A stretch of DNA of 64,000 bases from assembly GCF_018977255.1 (NCBI RefSeq), contig NW_024704743.1:104658001-104722000 (forward strand), given 5' to 3'. Positions 26,008 to 39,221 of the stretch are shown one piece after another. The stretch comes from Callorhinchus milii (lineage: Eukaryota). Every line of letters starts with the position of its first letter. Position 1 is the stretch's first letter. A model generated the notes under the pieces. It had not been told where the DNA came from and made no database searches. It saw nothing but the letters and a program-made list of their open reading frames with translations. The position numbers were made by a program, and so were the translations under genes.

Positions 26008-28191
26008 CTGAAAGAAGAGCTTACAACAAATAAATGAGACAATACAAGAACAAATCCCAGGAGGAGCAGACAACAAAAAACACAAGACAAAGGAGACATA
26101 CATTTAAAGCAAATGCATGCACACACATATACAGACACACACAATTTGGAGCTCACAGAATAGAAAAATTAAAAATAAATGTTCACAAAGGCTCAAGATT
26201 AAAAGGCAATTGTTTTAAGATACATGGAAAAGTTTCAATAAGTAATGGGCACCCTTTTCATAAAGAAGAAGCTGGTTAAACTGTTTTTTGTTTGAAGAAG
26301 TCTCTTGTATGACAGTGTCATGACAATAATTTTGACACTCACATACAAGAGTTGGTTAATGTTGACACAATTTAGGTTTTGATGCCATGGATTCACACAC
26401 ACATGTACACACAAAAAAAGTTGTAACTAGTGCCCCTTTAACTCTTTACCCAAAGTCAAAGTTTAATTTACAGTTCACTGGGAAACAAGCATTGTGACCT
26501 GTGATGGGTCAAAGTTACTTAACCTCATGATACTCTTGCTTCTGTTAATTATCACAAGCTTCAAAATTCTGTCCCGTCATATCTGCATTTACTGACAAGT
26601 CCGAGATGTGATTGCTGGTACCCCACCCTCACACCCTGCACCCCCACCTTGCACATGAACAAGCACAACACACACACACACTGCCCACATTTCATCACAG
26701 TGGTTGAGCTGTAAGCTGGCCCAAGGCAAGTCCAATGGTATTGTTGGGCTGAGAGCCCAACTACTGTGGGTGGGGAGGAAGGCACACACGGTCAATAAAT
26801 GAAGACTTCAATGAGGCAGAATTTTCTACAATGTAACTAGAAAATTGCAAAGTGCAATCTGTTCATTAATATTGACTATAGTTATATACTGTATATACCG
26901 TACATATATAATTAGGGGGATAATTATAAATAGATAAATAAATGAATGAATACATGAATATAAATAAAATATAGCCTTCCATAATATTTAGCAGGTGCAT
27001 ACAGATGTCCATATTGTCCACTTTCTACACAAGTTTGATGATTCTAATTAAAGGTGAAGTACAAAGAAAGAAATGCACTTTGTAATAACAATGACAATTA
27101 TATGATGTAAGTTTTCACTTGAAAAGCCACATAAACCCGTGACAAATCATTATTCTCAGCAGCCACACTCACACAATAAACACTTACATCTTAAACAATG
27201 GGCTAACAATTCAAAGTGCCCCCGATTGATAGAGCTGATATGTGGAGTTAAGATCAGGAGGACTTAAACTGATAGCCTTCTTCTCATGACAGCCCCTGGT
27301 GTAATGCTAAGGAAGCACTGTTAATTGAGGCTTGAAATGGCAATGTCATGTGCCATTCCTTATGATCAATAAAGCCCTCTTGGTACCAATTTCAAAAATT
27401 TTAGTTAAATTTGAATAATGTTTCCTCAACAAAATCCACCAGCCCTAATTTCCCCAGGGCCCCACAGTAATTAAGATGTCTAATCTTTGAGCTAGCTCAG
27501 CTAAGTGTGCATAAAATCAAATGATTAAATTCTCAGAATTATATATTAGTTTCTTAAACTTTCTTTCAACCAATTTCATCTGGGAAGTAAGCTTTGATCG
27601 CAACACCATTTCTCCAGCTGTCGTTTACTTCAGGATTCTGTGGAACTGTTTTGACTCTTACTGTTAACACAAATGTAACCAGAAGTGTATGAAATAACAT
27701 CCTGTAGATTTCATTCTTTCTGTTTCCAGAGATGACTTATTCACACTATGATGCGCAGTGACATAGTGCCTATCACATCAAGATGGTGTCTCAAAGTGCT
27801 TCACAGGATATAATGTAAAGTGTAGTGACTGTGATTTTGTAGTCAAATGCAGCAATCAATTTGCACAGAGCAATATCCCACAAACAGCCATGAAGTGAAT
27901 GACCAACTTTAATTGGTTACTTGAAAGGAATTAAGTAAAAAGAGGGTTTTCTTTCCTATCAACCTAACTAATGTTTGAATCTCACATGTGATACATTATA
28001 GTGAAAGACCACGGACCAAAGGATGGTACCTCTCATAACTCAACGCTATCCCTGCACTGGATTCTCCTTCTGCACTGGATTGTTAGGCTAAACCATGAGC
28101 CCAACATATTGCCACAACCCACATTCTTCTGACCTAAATGTGAAAGTGTTACCGACTGAGGCAGGCTGTGTATGAATCAGTTTGAACTTAC

Positions 28192-28400
28192 CTTCACAAC
28201 AATCTTGCCACATTCGCAAATCGATCCTTGGGATTTCATCGCACCTCACGTATCCATGAGGATAGTCGGCTTTCAAAAAGACATCTGGTTGGACTTGCTG
28301 AATATTGTCACCATTGTTGCAGAGCACATCAGCAAGAGAGCTCTGCTTCAACTGTGTGACCTGGGCTGGGGTAAACACACCGGGATTGTCATACCAGAAC
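28192..28400 (-). CDS. PXDNL: Peroxidasin-like exon 19 (end of peroxidase domain)
   Basis: 209 nt, tag|...|gtaagt. Translates [69 protein letters not shown] and ends in phase 1. Confidence 0.95.
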
Positions 28401-29611
28401 CTAGAAATAGAAAGGAAGAAATGGAAACCTGAGAGACTAACAGTTGAAAGAAAATGACATGGTCCCTGCAAAGATCTGATTTACAGCAGGATTCATAGGA
28501 TTACCAAATCCATTTGTGTTAACTGGTGCTAGCTCCATCAGTGGAGCTACACACAATAATCCCAATTCCCTGCTCTTTCCCTGAACTCTTTTATATTCAT
28601 TTCCTCAGCAAATGTTTCTTTATTTAATCAATTGTCTTTTAACTTTTAAGTTGTTGATTTATCCTATTTTCTTAGCATTTGAGTGTGTGCAGAATTAGGC
28701 AAATTCAGTCTTAATTTTGAAGCCATTCTAAATTTTGAAGCCATTTAGAATAAGATTTTAAATTTTAAGTGCTGTTATGTTTTCCACCGCACATTTGACG
28801 AGAGTTCTATGTTCTGATGAACCGTGAAAAAGTTTATTTTAACCTCCTTCTCAACTCTTTTGGTAACAATCTTGATGTAACATCTTTTTTTAACCAAATC
28901 ATAAAGCTGCAAGAATACAATTTCAGTATCTAGCCTCTCAAAACCTTTCAGAATTTTGAAGGCTTGCAACACTTATTTCAAAATGGTTTCTAACTTTTGT
29001 TGAAATGCAGAAATAAAACATTGTAAGAGGTTGTCTCAAGCGTTCTCACTCCTACTCCCAAATACTGGTGTTGTACTCAGTCAACGACTAATGAGAGCTG
29101 CATGTAACAATTTGAGAATGCCTCCAGGAAAATCTGAGAATAATACAGTAAAAACAGCATCAATAACCATTAAAGTGGCAATGATGGGCCAAATAGTCCT
29201 CATTTGGAAGCATGGATCTGTGGTCTACTCCTAACTGCAACTGCTATCATGTTAATTTTTATTTGTTGGCAAAGACAATGCAGTGATGGACACATTGCAG
29301 TTGACACATTGCAGTGTTTTGCAACGGGCAATTATGCTTTCATATTTTTTTGTCGGGTTCATAGACGCCTTTTCGCCCCCCAGAAACATCCTGAAAACAA
29401 AATCTTGAGCACGATTGCTGCATTTTAAACCCCATTATTATGTCACTTGCAAGTAATGCCACATGCCTCATCTCATTTGAAAATTCAAGATGTTCTACCA
29501 GGCTTATTTTCATGACAATCTGGCTACCTTTAAAGTGCAATATTGTGTATGGGTGGACAGAATTGGACAAGATGTGTTCACACTGCAGAATTTCAAGACA
29601 TATTGAATTGC

Positions 29612-29850
29612 GAAACCTTGGGCAAGTTTCCTTATTCCACATGCCTAATAATAATCCCTCCAAAAACAAAACAATAATAAATTGGTCATTTTCAATCCAC
29701 AACTGTTTGTGGGACACTGCTGTGTGCAATTGGATGCCGTGTTTCACCCACAAATGTACAGTCAATTCACAGTATATTCTGTGAAGCGCTTTGAGATGTC
29801 TAGAAGACATGAAAAGTATTATATCAAATGCAAGGATTATTATTATTATT
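29612..29850 (+). mobile_element. SINE family A, 5'-truncated
   Basis: Starts at gaaaccttgggcaagtttcc and ends in (ATT)n. Other partial copies at ~1330-1490, 6545-6655, 12425-12595, 27760-27910, 36740-36857, 43255-43480, 45045-45190, 58799-59000 and 59810-59920. Confidence 0.85.
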
Positions 29851-30609
29851 GCATACCTTAGAGAGAAAAGAATGAGAACATTTTAGGCAGAACTTAACTT
29901 AACTCATGCTTCTGTTGTATGTTAAATATCTCAGAACCCTTTTTAGAAAAAGGTTTTATTTTCAAGAAACCAGGCTAGCTCTGTATTAAATATTTTGTAA
30001 AGATCTGAATATTTATTCACAAATGTGCTCAATAAAGATTAGCATGGATCCATGCCAAAGGGATAGACTGGTCTGAATGCAACTGGTTCAGCTGAGCCAA
30101 ATTAAGGAAATGCTAAACACAAGACCAAATTCCGTAACTGTTTGTTATTTTCTATTAAAAACAACAAAATCGCATCCTGTTTTACTTATCTCATGAGTTA
30201 TATCAGTGTCGTTATGAATGACGCCAATACCTCACTGCAAGCATGGTATGTTGTGAAGTATGAATGCTTTCAAGGCCCCAAGCAATTTTCCAAGGAAGTT
30301 AATCATTTGGCAGGTAATTCTCTATACAAGATCTTGTAGAAATTGTGCGAGTTACTGGTACATTACTTGGGAGTCAGGAGTGTTAGTCTCGGAGTCTGAA
30401 AATTTCATTGGAGGACGAGAAAGAAGGCTACCTGCAACATTTGAGATCCAAGTCATAACATTAGGAATAGTGTTAATTCTCCAGGGCATCTCTTCCTGGT
30501 TTGCAGCATTTCAATTGTGTTCCTACAGCAAGGTAATGGTATCTCAGAAGTGTAATTATATGGTTTCAATAAATTGTTTTGACAAATTGTTTTGATACTA
30601 AGCTAAGAT

Positions 30610-31217
30610 ACTAATACAAAGGTCAGGAAGTTATGATGAACCTTTATAAAACACTGGTTAGGCCTCAGCTAGAGTACAGTATTCAGTTCTGTGCACTATA
30701 CTTTAGGAAGGATGTCAAGGCATTGGAAAGGGTGCAAAGGAGATTTACCAGGATGGTACCAGGAATGACGGACTTCAGTTATCAGAGAGAGGCTAGAGAT
30801 GCTAGGATTATTCTGCTTGGAGCAGAGAAGATTAAGAGGAGACTTAATAGAAATTTTCAAAATTACGGGGGTATTCCATAGGGTGAACAAGGAGAAACTA
30901 TTTCCACTGGCGGGTGGGTTGGTAACCCGAGGACACCGATTTAAAATGTTGTTAAAAGAAATCAAGGGGAGGTGAGAAGAATTGTTTTCACACAGCGAGT
31001 TGTTCAGATCAGAAATGCATTGCCTGAAAGGATGGTGGAAGCCGATTCGATAAAAACGTTTAGAAGAGAAGTAGATAATTATTTGGGGAGGACAAGTTTA
31101 CAGGGCTATAGAGAGATGGAGTGGGATTGATTTGGAGTGGTTCTTTTAAAAGAGTTGGCACAGACGTGATGGGCTGAATGGCCTCCTTCTGTGCTGTATA
31201 ATTCTATGATTCTATGC
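30610..31217 (+). mobile_element. CR1 LINE 3' fragment
   Basis: LYKTLVRPQLEYS...LERVQRRFTRMVPG and a ttctatgattctatg tail typical of CR1. Confidence 0.9.
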
Positions 31218-31802
31218 TAATTAATAAATGGCAAAATATTGTTCTTTTGTTCTTTCTTTCACAATGGTTAGTAAGTTGCAGGGTTGAGGATTCTGATCAC
31301 CTGAATTTTGGATTCAGAGATCAGAATTATCATACTCTGAATCTAAAGGTTGTGTTCTATATATTATTTGTGATTGTAGAGTGCTGGTGTTAAACAACAG
31401 GGGGTCATGCTCACCATGACCATGGGTGATCATGCTCACTAAGGGATGTAGTGTCCTGTTCTCTTTCAATTGAAGTCTGAGAGCTCAAAATCATGTATTT
31501 CAAAAGCTGCTCAACGTGAGTTTGTTCGATCAGCTGGGTTTCTGACAAATGTAGTCCTGGCAAGCTTTCCTGCTGCTTATCCAGGTAGGACCACCCTAAC
31601 CATTAGAGATTTGCTTGCAGGAATTGAGTGGGAAGAATCCCAGACCCCAGTGACTAGTCTGTCCCTTCAAGTCCTGCTGATAAGCCAGTTTGACATATTT
31701 CAGCATAAGGTGTACCTGTCGATCCATTATAAGGAAAAATCTTTCAACACCAAAAACATGGTTCTTCATCAGATCATACTATTTATAGGATCATACTTCA
31801 AC

Positions 31803-32862
31803 ACCCAGGGCTCTGTCCTTGGCCCTCTCTTCTTTAATATCTACATGCTCCCCCTTGGTGACATCATCCGGAGACATGGGGTCAATTTCCACATGTATGC
31901 GGATGACACCCAACTCTATCTTTCTGCCTCCACCCTCAACTACAGGACCACTGCTGTCCTGACAGACTGCCTGTCTGACATCAAGTCCTGGGTGAGGGCA
32001 AACTTCCTACAGTTGAATATGAACAAGACTGAGGTCCTCCTGATTGGCTCGCGCCAGCGCCTCTGCACCTCAGGCTCTGGCAGCATCAACCTCAATGGTT
32101 GCACACTTCAAATCACCAAGCCAGTCAGGAACTTAGGTATCTTGTTCGACCCTCAACTTTCTTTTCTTCCCTACATCCAAGCCATGATCCGCTCTGCCTT
32201 CCCTCACCTCCGTAACATCGCCCGACTCCGCCACTAACTCACCCCTCAGGCCGCTGAAACTCTTGTTCATGCCTTCATCACATCCAGGCTCGACTATGCA
32301 AACACCATGGTTGTCAGCCTTCCCACCTCTCCTCCACAGGCTGCAGATATTCCAGAACACTGCAGCCCTTGTCCTCTCCCGCACCAAACTCTGTGACCCC
32401 ATCTCCCCCATTCTTGTCTGACTCCGTTGGCTCCCTATCCTTCAGAGGATCCAGTTCAAAATCCTGATCCTCATCTACAAAGCCCTTAATGGTCTCGCCC
32501 CACCCTATCTCTGTGACCTTCTAACCCCCTACCAACCCACCCGCTCCCTCCACTCAATCGGCTCCAGCCTGTTCCACGTCCCCCGACCCACCCATTGGCG
32601 GGAGAGCCTTAAGCCACTCTGCCCCCAACCTCTGGAACTCCACCCCTCAATCACTCCACCTCGCCCCCTCCTTAGCCTCCTTCAAGTCCCGCCTCAAGAC
32701 CCTCCTCTTCGACCATGCCATCGGCCATCCCCCTTCCCCTCCTTTCCCTTCTCCCCCCTGACCCGAGCTCAGGTCTGAAATGCTGTACACTGTCCAGTGC
32801 CTTGGGATGTCCTCCCGATATAAAAGGCGCAATACAAATGCAATCTTGTTGTTGTTGTTGTT
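31803..32862 (+). mobile_element. L2 LINE 3' fragment
   Basis: [18 protein letters not shown]...[10 protein letters not shown]. Similar to 15068-16130 in reverse; ends aaatgcaatcttgttgttgttgttg. Confidence 0.92.
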
Positions 32863-33240
32863 ACTCTATAAGGGAATATGCATAAAATAATATAAATCAT
32901 TTTTATTTAAGCTTAAAATCAATACCATATAATAATACTGTTTGTATCTCTGCACTTTGCACTTCTTGAGACTTATTTTTTTCAATACACCTGAGCCAAG
33001 ATACCAAACAGCAACAATATGAGAAGAGATCAATCTTCAAACAGTGATGAAGAAATGAACCATCCATCATTGAGGCAGCAGTGCAAGAGAAAAAAACAAT
33101 TTAGCTTTGTTGTGCATCTCCAAATCCATTTGTGTTTGCAACATTTCTGAGTTATTAGGCTGAACATCTCTCAAAGAGCTTTATTATTATACATCACTGG
33201 CTTCATTGCACATGATCTATTGTTCCTAGGAGTGCTTTAC

Positions 33241-33375
33241 CTGTCACCATCCCTCAGCCGCTTAAACTGAGTGACAAACAGACACATGAGGGTAGGACCC
33301 ACTCGTGTACCAGGAATTATATCTTCTACCATCAGGGCAGGCCAGAGATCAATATTCTGTGGTGTGCCATACAGC
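33241..33375 (-). CDS. PXDNL: Peroxidasin-like exon 18
   Basis: 135 nt, cag|...|gtaaag. Translates [45 protein letters not shown]. Confidence 0.95.
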
Positions 33376-33629
33376 CTGAAACAAGAAAGGTTAGATGTCA
33401 GACATTGTAATCCACATTAGTTGAATATTTTGACAGTATTTCATGAAAAACATACACATAAATGGAGCAATTAAAACTAAATGAAAGATTCCTTTCACAA
33501 CAGAGGTCAAGACTGAGATATGATTACATCAACGGTGATATTCAGCATATTGACCAAAATGTGATCAAAAGCATTTGCCACTTATCATTAGCATTACATG
33601 GCCATCGATAGTGAGAATATCAGTATCTG

Positions 33630-34075
33630 GTTCTGTTGATAGCCGTCTCACTTCTAAGTCAGAAAATTGTGAGTACAAAGCCTATGTCAGGCCTTGGAAA
33701 TCATATAGACCAGGCTGACACTCCAATGCTGTGCTGAGGGTATGCTGCATTGTTGGAGGTACCGTCCTTTGGATGAGACGTTAAAACCAAGACTCCCAGT
33801 GTTTGTTCAGGTGGATGTTAAAGATCTCAGGGCACTATGCAAAAAGAGAAGGGAATTTCTCCCAGTGTCCTGGCTAATAATTCCCCAAATAAAATTGTTC
33901 ATTCACTTTGCAGCTGTTTGTGGGGCATTTCGATGTGCAAATTGGCTGCCACATTGCCACAAAACACATTTGCCACAAAACTCAGTCAGTACACTTTACA
34001 GTATATTCTATGAAGCACTTTGGGATGTCCTCATGATGTGAAAGGTGGTTATACTAAATGTAAGTATTATTATTA
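33630..34075 (+). mobile_element. SINE family B
   Basis: Deu core ggatgagacgttaaaacc...caggtggatgttaaagatc...gtgtcctggc. Confidence 0.8.
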
Positions 34076-34197
34076 ACTACATCTGACCTTATTATTGGTT
34101 GACATGATAATTATCACCAGTGATATTATCACCTGCCACAGCTTTGACCTTTTATTCTATAATGTCTACAATCAAATGTTAAGTGTTGCACTATTTT

Positions 34198-34505
34198 GTG
34201 GAGTCCTGTAGCTCAGTGGTTAGAGCGCTCGCCTCGCAAGCGAGAGATCTGGATTCGATTCCGGCAGAGCAAAACCTTGGGCAAGTTCCCTTACTCCATA
34301 CGCCTGATAATAATCCCTCAAAAAAAACAATAATAAATTGGTCACTTCCATTCATGACTGTTTGTGGGACACTGCTGAGCGCAATTGGCTGCCGCGTTTC
34401 GCAGACAAATATAATCAATTCACTTTACAGTATATTCTGTGAAGTGCCTTGAAGCATCTAGAAAATGTGAAATGCGCTATATCAAATGCAAGGATTATTA
34501 TTATT
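34198..34505 (+). mobile_element. SINE family A, full length
   Basis: gagtcctgtagctcagtggttagag...aaatgcaaggattattatt. Confidence 0.9.
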
Positions 34506-35899
34506 TTTATTTTGTGACAGAGCTCAACTTTCTCTATGTTTTCTAATCACATCAGAGTTTAAGTATAACTAGTCCAGGAACATCATTTATCTTCTTCACT
34601 CAATCATTCTTTGATGTCTCTGAGAAGAGGCTATCATATGATGCAACTTTAAATTAAATGTTCAGCAATAAGTGATATGATACAGATGTCCAAAGTTTAG
34701 ATTTACTTGAGTAGGTTATGGTTAATAATACAATCCTATGTTTAAATCATTTTTATTACTGTAATCTTAGTTTTTATTTGGTCAGCCAGGTGTCTGGCAC
34801 ATGTGCAAACCCATCATCATGCTTATGAGTATGCAAACCAAATTTAACTTTCACACAAGAAATCCACCCATATATGGAAGTTTCCCTGTGTCTGAAATGG
34901 AATGTGCACTCTCTCCATGGAGGAGTCTACACTGCTTACCTAATTCCAGAGAGTATTTGCTACTAGTTAGCAAAAGCCAAGGCTTGGGGACCCCGGAATA
35001 TGTATTGGGGTACTGATGGGAGTCCATCCAGCTAAAACCAATAGCTTGCCATTGAAAGCATTATCTGACAAGCTTATTGCTGCTTGTCCAGTTAGGACCA
35101 TTCTTTCCTTTAGGGCATTGGCTTGTAGGGTTAATAGCAGATGAATAGGATGAATCCTGCTCCCAGTGTCTGCCCCTCCAGGTCTTGCTGATGAAGCAAG
35201 CTAGCTGGTCTGTCATCTGCAGTGTCCTGGAATACTGGCTCAGGAGCTAGACTACTGAGACTGCTAAGGAGAGTGGACCCGGTTCTGACATTCCATTGCC
35301 AACACATCACTTTGGAGTCAGCTCAGCCCATAAGGAGATCCCACTTATCCTCCCAAAGGAGAACAGTAACTAGTTGGTCATTTGACATAACAGGCACAGG
35401 TTTGAGCCATTACTAGGTGATTATCAAGTATCAGGAACTCCATATGAGCTTCTTGGTGAGCAGCACAGCTCAGGAATGAAATGTGTGAGAGCACTGACAC
35501 CATTCCTCCTTCTCACAATTTAGACACACATCCCTCCGCATTGAGTGATATTCCAGCAGTTGGTGGTCTGGAGCTTGAGCAGCAGCTGGTTACCTCACTC
35601 CCTATCAAGGAGGATACCGAGCTCTAGATTTATGAGTGTATGTTCACGGATCCGGACTCCAGGTAATGTCTTCCAGCATTTGTTGTCCCACGCTTCATAA
35701 TTTCCTCATCAGCTATCTGAAGGATATCTGCCTTCAGCGTAGTGGGAAGAGCATTGAAGGACAAATTGCAACACTCCAGCAACCTTGATGTTCACGAGCT
35801 CCAAGTCCAATGTGACATACCAAGCTTACCAGCAGTTTATGAACACTCATCCATTTTATTATATTATAAATTGTTGTATCCTTCATTTTGTTTATTTCT

Positions 35900-36297
35900 A
35901 ATTATAATCCTTACTTTTGATACTTAATCACTTCATTGGAGCATCTCAAATTACTTCACAAGATTTTACTCTAATATGTAGTGACTGTATTTATAGGTGA
36001 ATTGGGCACCCAATTTGCACACAGCAATGTCGTACAATCAGCCATGAATTAAATTTTTATCTGGGGGGTTGTTGGCCACAACACCAGGAGAAACTCCATT
36101 CGTCTTTTCGAATAGTGTCATGGGATCTTTAACATCTACCTGAACAGGTAAACAGGATGGCACTTCTGACAATGCAACATTCCCCAGCACTGCACTAGGA
36201 GTGTTAGTCCAGACTATCAAAGTTTGAACGTGAGGCTTGAACCCACAATCTTGTCAACCTGAGACAAAAGTGCTACGAAATGAACCAGGCTGACACC
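35900..36297 (-). mobile_element. SINE family B
   Basis: Same head, core and tail as 7090-7497. Confidence 0.8.
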
Positions 36298-37609
36298 AGA
36301 GTTCTGCCTACATCCAGTAAATATTTGTCATTGTGTGTTTATGGATCAAGAAAATTGCTCCATGAGCATCTACTTTGATTCTCCTTTTCATGGTTCTAAT
36401 GTATTTTTCTTGCTAGAATTATGAATAAATTATTTGAATGGAAGACTTGCAGCTCATTTTGTAAACCACACTCCCATGTTGCTCTGACTAGCTAAAGATG
36501 AAAGGGATTTATACATAAACTGTGCATCAATGAGGTCATCATTTAGCCACTATTAAACAAAATGATGTAGCCCGGGGCTGACGTAAGTGAGTAAAGAGGG
36601 AGCTCTGTAGTCCAGAGGAACAAGAAACACATCAGAAAGATGTACACTGGAGGAAATAAAGAGAAAACAAGTAAGATTGTGAAAGGAATGACTTCACCAC
36701 TTTGGCTTTAGCTCCTAAACACAAAACACCCACACTTTCCATATTTTGCCCATAAATATACAGTCAATTCACTTTACAGGATATTCTGTGAAGCGCTTTG
36801 AGACATCAAGCAGACTTGAAAAGCGCTATATCAGATGCAAGGATTATTATTATTATTTGCTTATATGTTTCAAACAGTAGTTGAATTTTAAGACACAAAT
36901 ACTGTTAAAGTTGCACATCTGATTGATTTTTTACAAATGGGTTTCAGTTTAGCTCAATCGGCAGCATGCTTGTTTCTGAGACAGAAGATTGTGAATTCCT
37001 GCCCTTAGTTATGACTTGAGCCCACTGTCTAATGTGCTGCTCCAGTGCTGCATTGTCAAGGGTGCCATTATCTGGAAGAGATGTTGAACTAAGCTTCTGA
37101 ATATCTGCTCTTTAAACTAAACATCACATGACAAAAAAAGGGCGTTTCTCCCAGCCAACAATCATTCATTTAATGCCTGCCACAACTGTCTACAAAAACA
37201 GCCAGTAACCTTGAAAGCAGCTACTTTGACATGTTTTGATGATTAGGCACTGTAGTATCTGACACATACAAGGATTGCGACAGCAAAATCTCTACAATAA
37301 AATGTTTTCCCCTTTTCATTTAGGACTCTGTTGCATCTCAAGGATCACTTGAAAGGCACAACATGTCCGGATCTACATTTCCTAGATCCAATGTTCATAC
37401 TAAGCTTTTCTGCCTTTAATTATTTTTAACAGGAGCTTGACTTCAGAGTAATGTTTTCGAAAAAAAACTGTATAACCGTAGAAATTTATTATAAGATAAC
37501 TATTTCATTACCTTAGTTTTTGAAGAGTCTGAAGCTGTTTTCTTTTTATACACACTGTAGTTATCAAATTTAGAGATATATTGCACTGTTTTGTAGAAAT
37601 TAGATAACA

Positions 37610-38035
37610 TAATAATAATCTTTGCATTTGATATCTTATCACATCATCAAGTGGCCTCAAAACGAATCACAGATATCCTAAAAAGTGGTGTGACTGTATT
37701 TTGAGGACAAATGTGGTAGCCAACTTTCAGACAAAAATGTCCTATATGAAGTGAGTAACCAATTTTATTGGAGGGATTGTTGGCCAGGACACCGAGAGAA
37801 ACTCCCTTCTCTTTTTGAGTAAAGCCATGGTATCTTTAACGTCCACTTGAACAGGCAAACAGGACTTTGGTTTAATGTCTCATTCCAAGATCAGCATCTT
37901 TGGCAATGCAGCACACCCTATGACTGCATTGGCATGTCAGCATAGATCATATGGATTCCAAATTTCGACATGGGGCTTGAACTCACAACCATCTCACTCA
38001 GAGGTGAGAATGCTACCAACTGAAGCAAGCTGACA
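37610..38035 (-). mobile_element. SINE family B (followed by a + copy at ~38150-38630)
   Basis: Full head-to-tail similarity to the other family B copies. Confidence 0.8.
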
Positions 38036-38819
38036 CACAGATCAGATTTTTTTTGCCATATTCTATCATAGATCTTTGCACAAATATGTTATGATTATCT
38101 AAACATGTTTTTCCAGTTGTAAAAGGCTTGTAGTTGGCACAGGAGCTAAATCATACAGAGCTACTTTACAGTTCTCTATTCTTGCCTCCAAGTCAAAAGT
38201 TTATGGGTTCATGTCTCATGCAGCATGTTCAACTCACATAGAAAAGCAAATACTATAATGACTCCAGTGCTTAAAATGCACTCAATTGTTCAAGGTACCA
38301 TCTTTCGAATGAGATGTTAAGTTGAGGTTGCTTGCTCAGGAAGATATTTAAAATCTTATAGGACACTATTCAAAAAGAGAAGGGAGTTTCTCCCGGTGTC
38401 CTGGCCAACAATTCCCCAAATGAATTTGATCATTCATTTCATGGTTGTTTGTTGGACTTTACTGCCAACAATGGCCACAATGTTTGCTTAAGATAAATGT
38501 CCTTACACTAGATGTTTGCTAACAAATGCACAGTCACTTCTTTTTATATCAAAATCTTGTTAAGGGGTTTTAGATGTCTCTACGACATGATAGAGCGTTA
38601 AATACACTCAATCAAATGCAAGAATTATGATCGTGAATGTTTCCTCTGAAGTGATTTGATCTGCTGAGTGTTCCTAGTGACTTTCGTTTCGTTTCAGATT
38701 TCCAGCATCTGCAGCATTTTGCGTTTTATTTATGTATGCTCATTAACAGTAAGTTTAAAGGGCAGGTTTTTAACCACTATTTTGTATAATTGCTAAAATC
38801 TCACCAACATAAAGTGATG

Positions 38820-39150
38820 CATCATAGAAATAGCCCATTTGGCCCAACTAGTCCATGCCTGTGCTTATACTTCACATGAACCTCAATTCCTCGAATTTCC
38901 TACTCCTATAACCCTCTATTCCCTTCTTCCTCATGAGTTTACTCTTCAATACATTGAAGCACAACTTCTGACAGTGAGTTCCAAAGTCTCACCACACTCT
39001 GCATGAAGAAGTTCCTCTTAAACTCCCTATTAGATCTACTACTGTCCCCCGTATATCTATGCCCTCCAGTTGTAGACTCGCCAACAACTGGAAGCAACCT
39101 ACCATTATCCAAACATACACCTTGTCCAATTCTCTCATAATCTTAAACAG
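38820..39150 (-). mobile_element. Degraded CR1 3' fragment
   Basis: FKIMRELDKV remnant and CR1 3' UTR-like sequence. Confidence 0.6.
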
Positions 39151-39221
39151 GGGAAAATAAAGTAAAAACAAATAAAAGATGAAGGATAAAACCTCATAAA
39201 TTTAAAAAATATATAAATTTC

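Noticed and set aside
27181..27300. gtaagt donor in intron 19 as another possible cassette exon
   Set aside because: The acceptors tested give stops in the required phase.
31470..32237. 255-aa ORF with a YADD reverse transcriptase motif
   Set aside because: Chance fusion of upstream sequence to a 5'-truncated L2; the RT is incomplete and followed by a stop and frameshifts.
34198..34275. tRNA-like cloverleaf with A/B boxes (also at other family A SINE heads)
   Set aside because: It continues directly into SINE body and tail in many copies, so it is a SINE head and not a tRNA gene.
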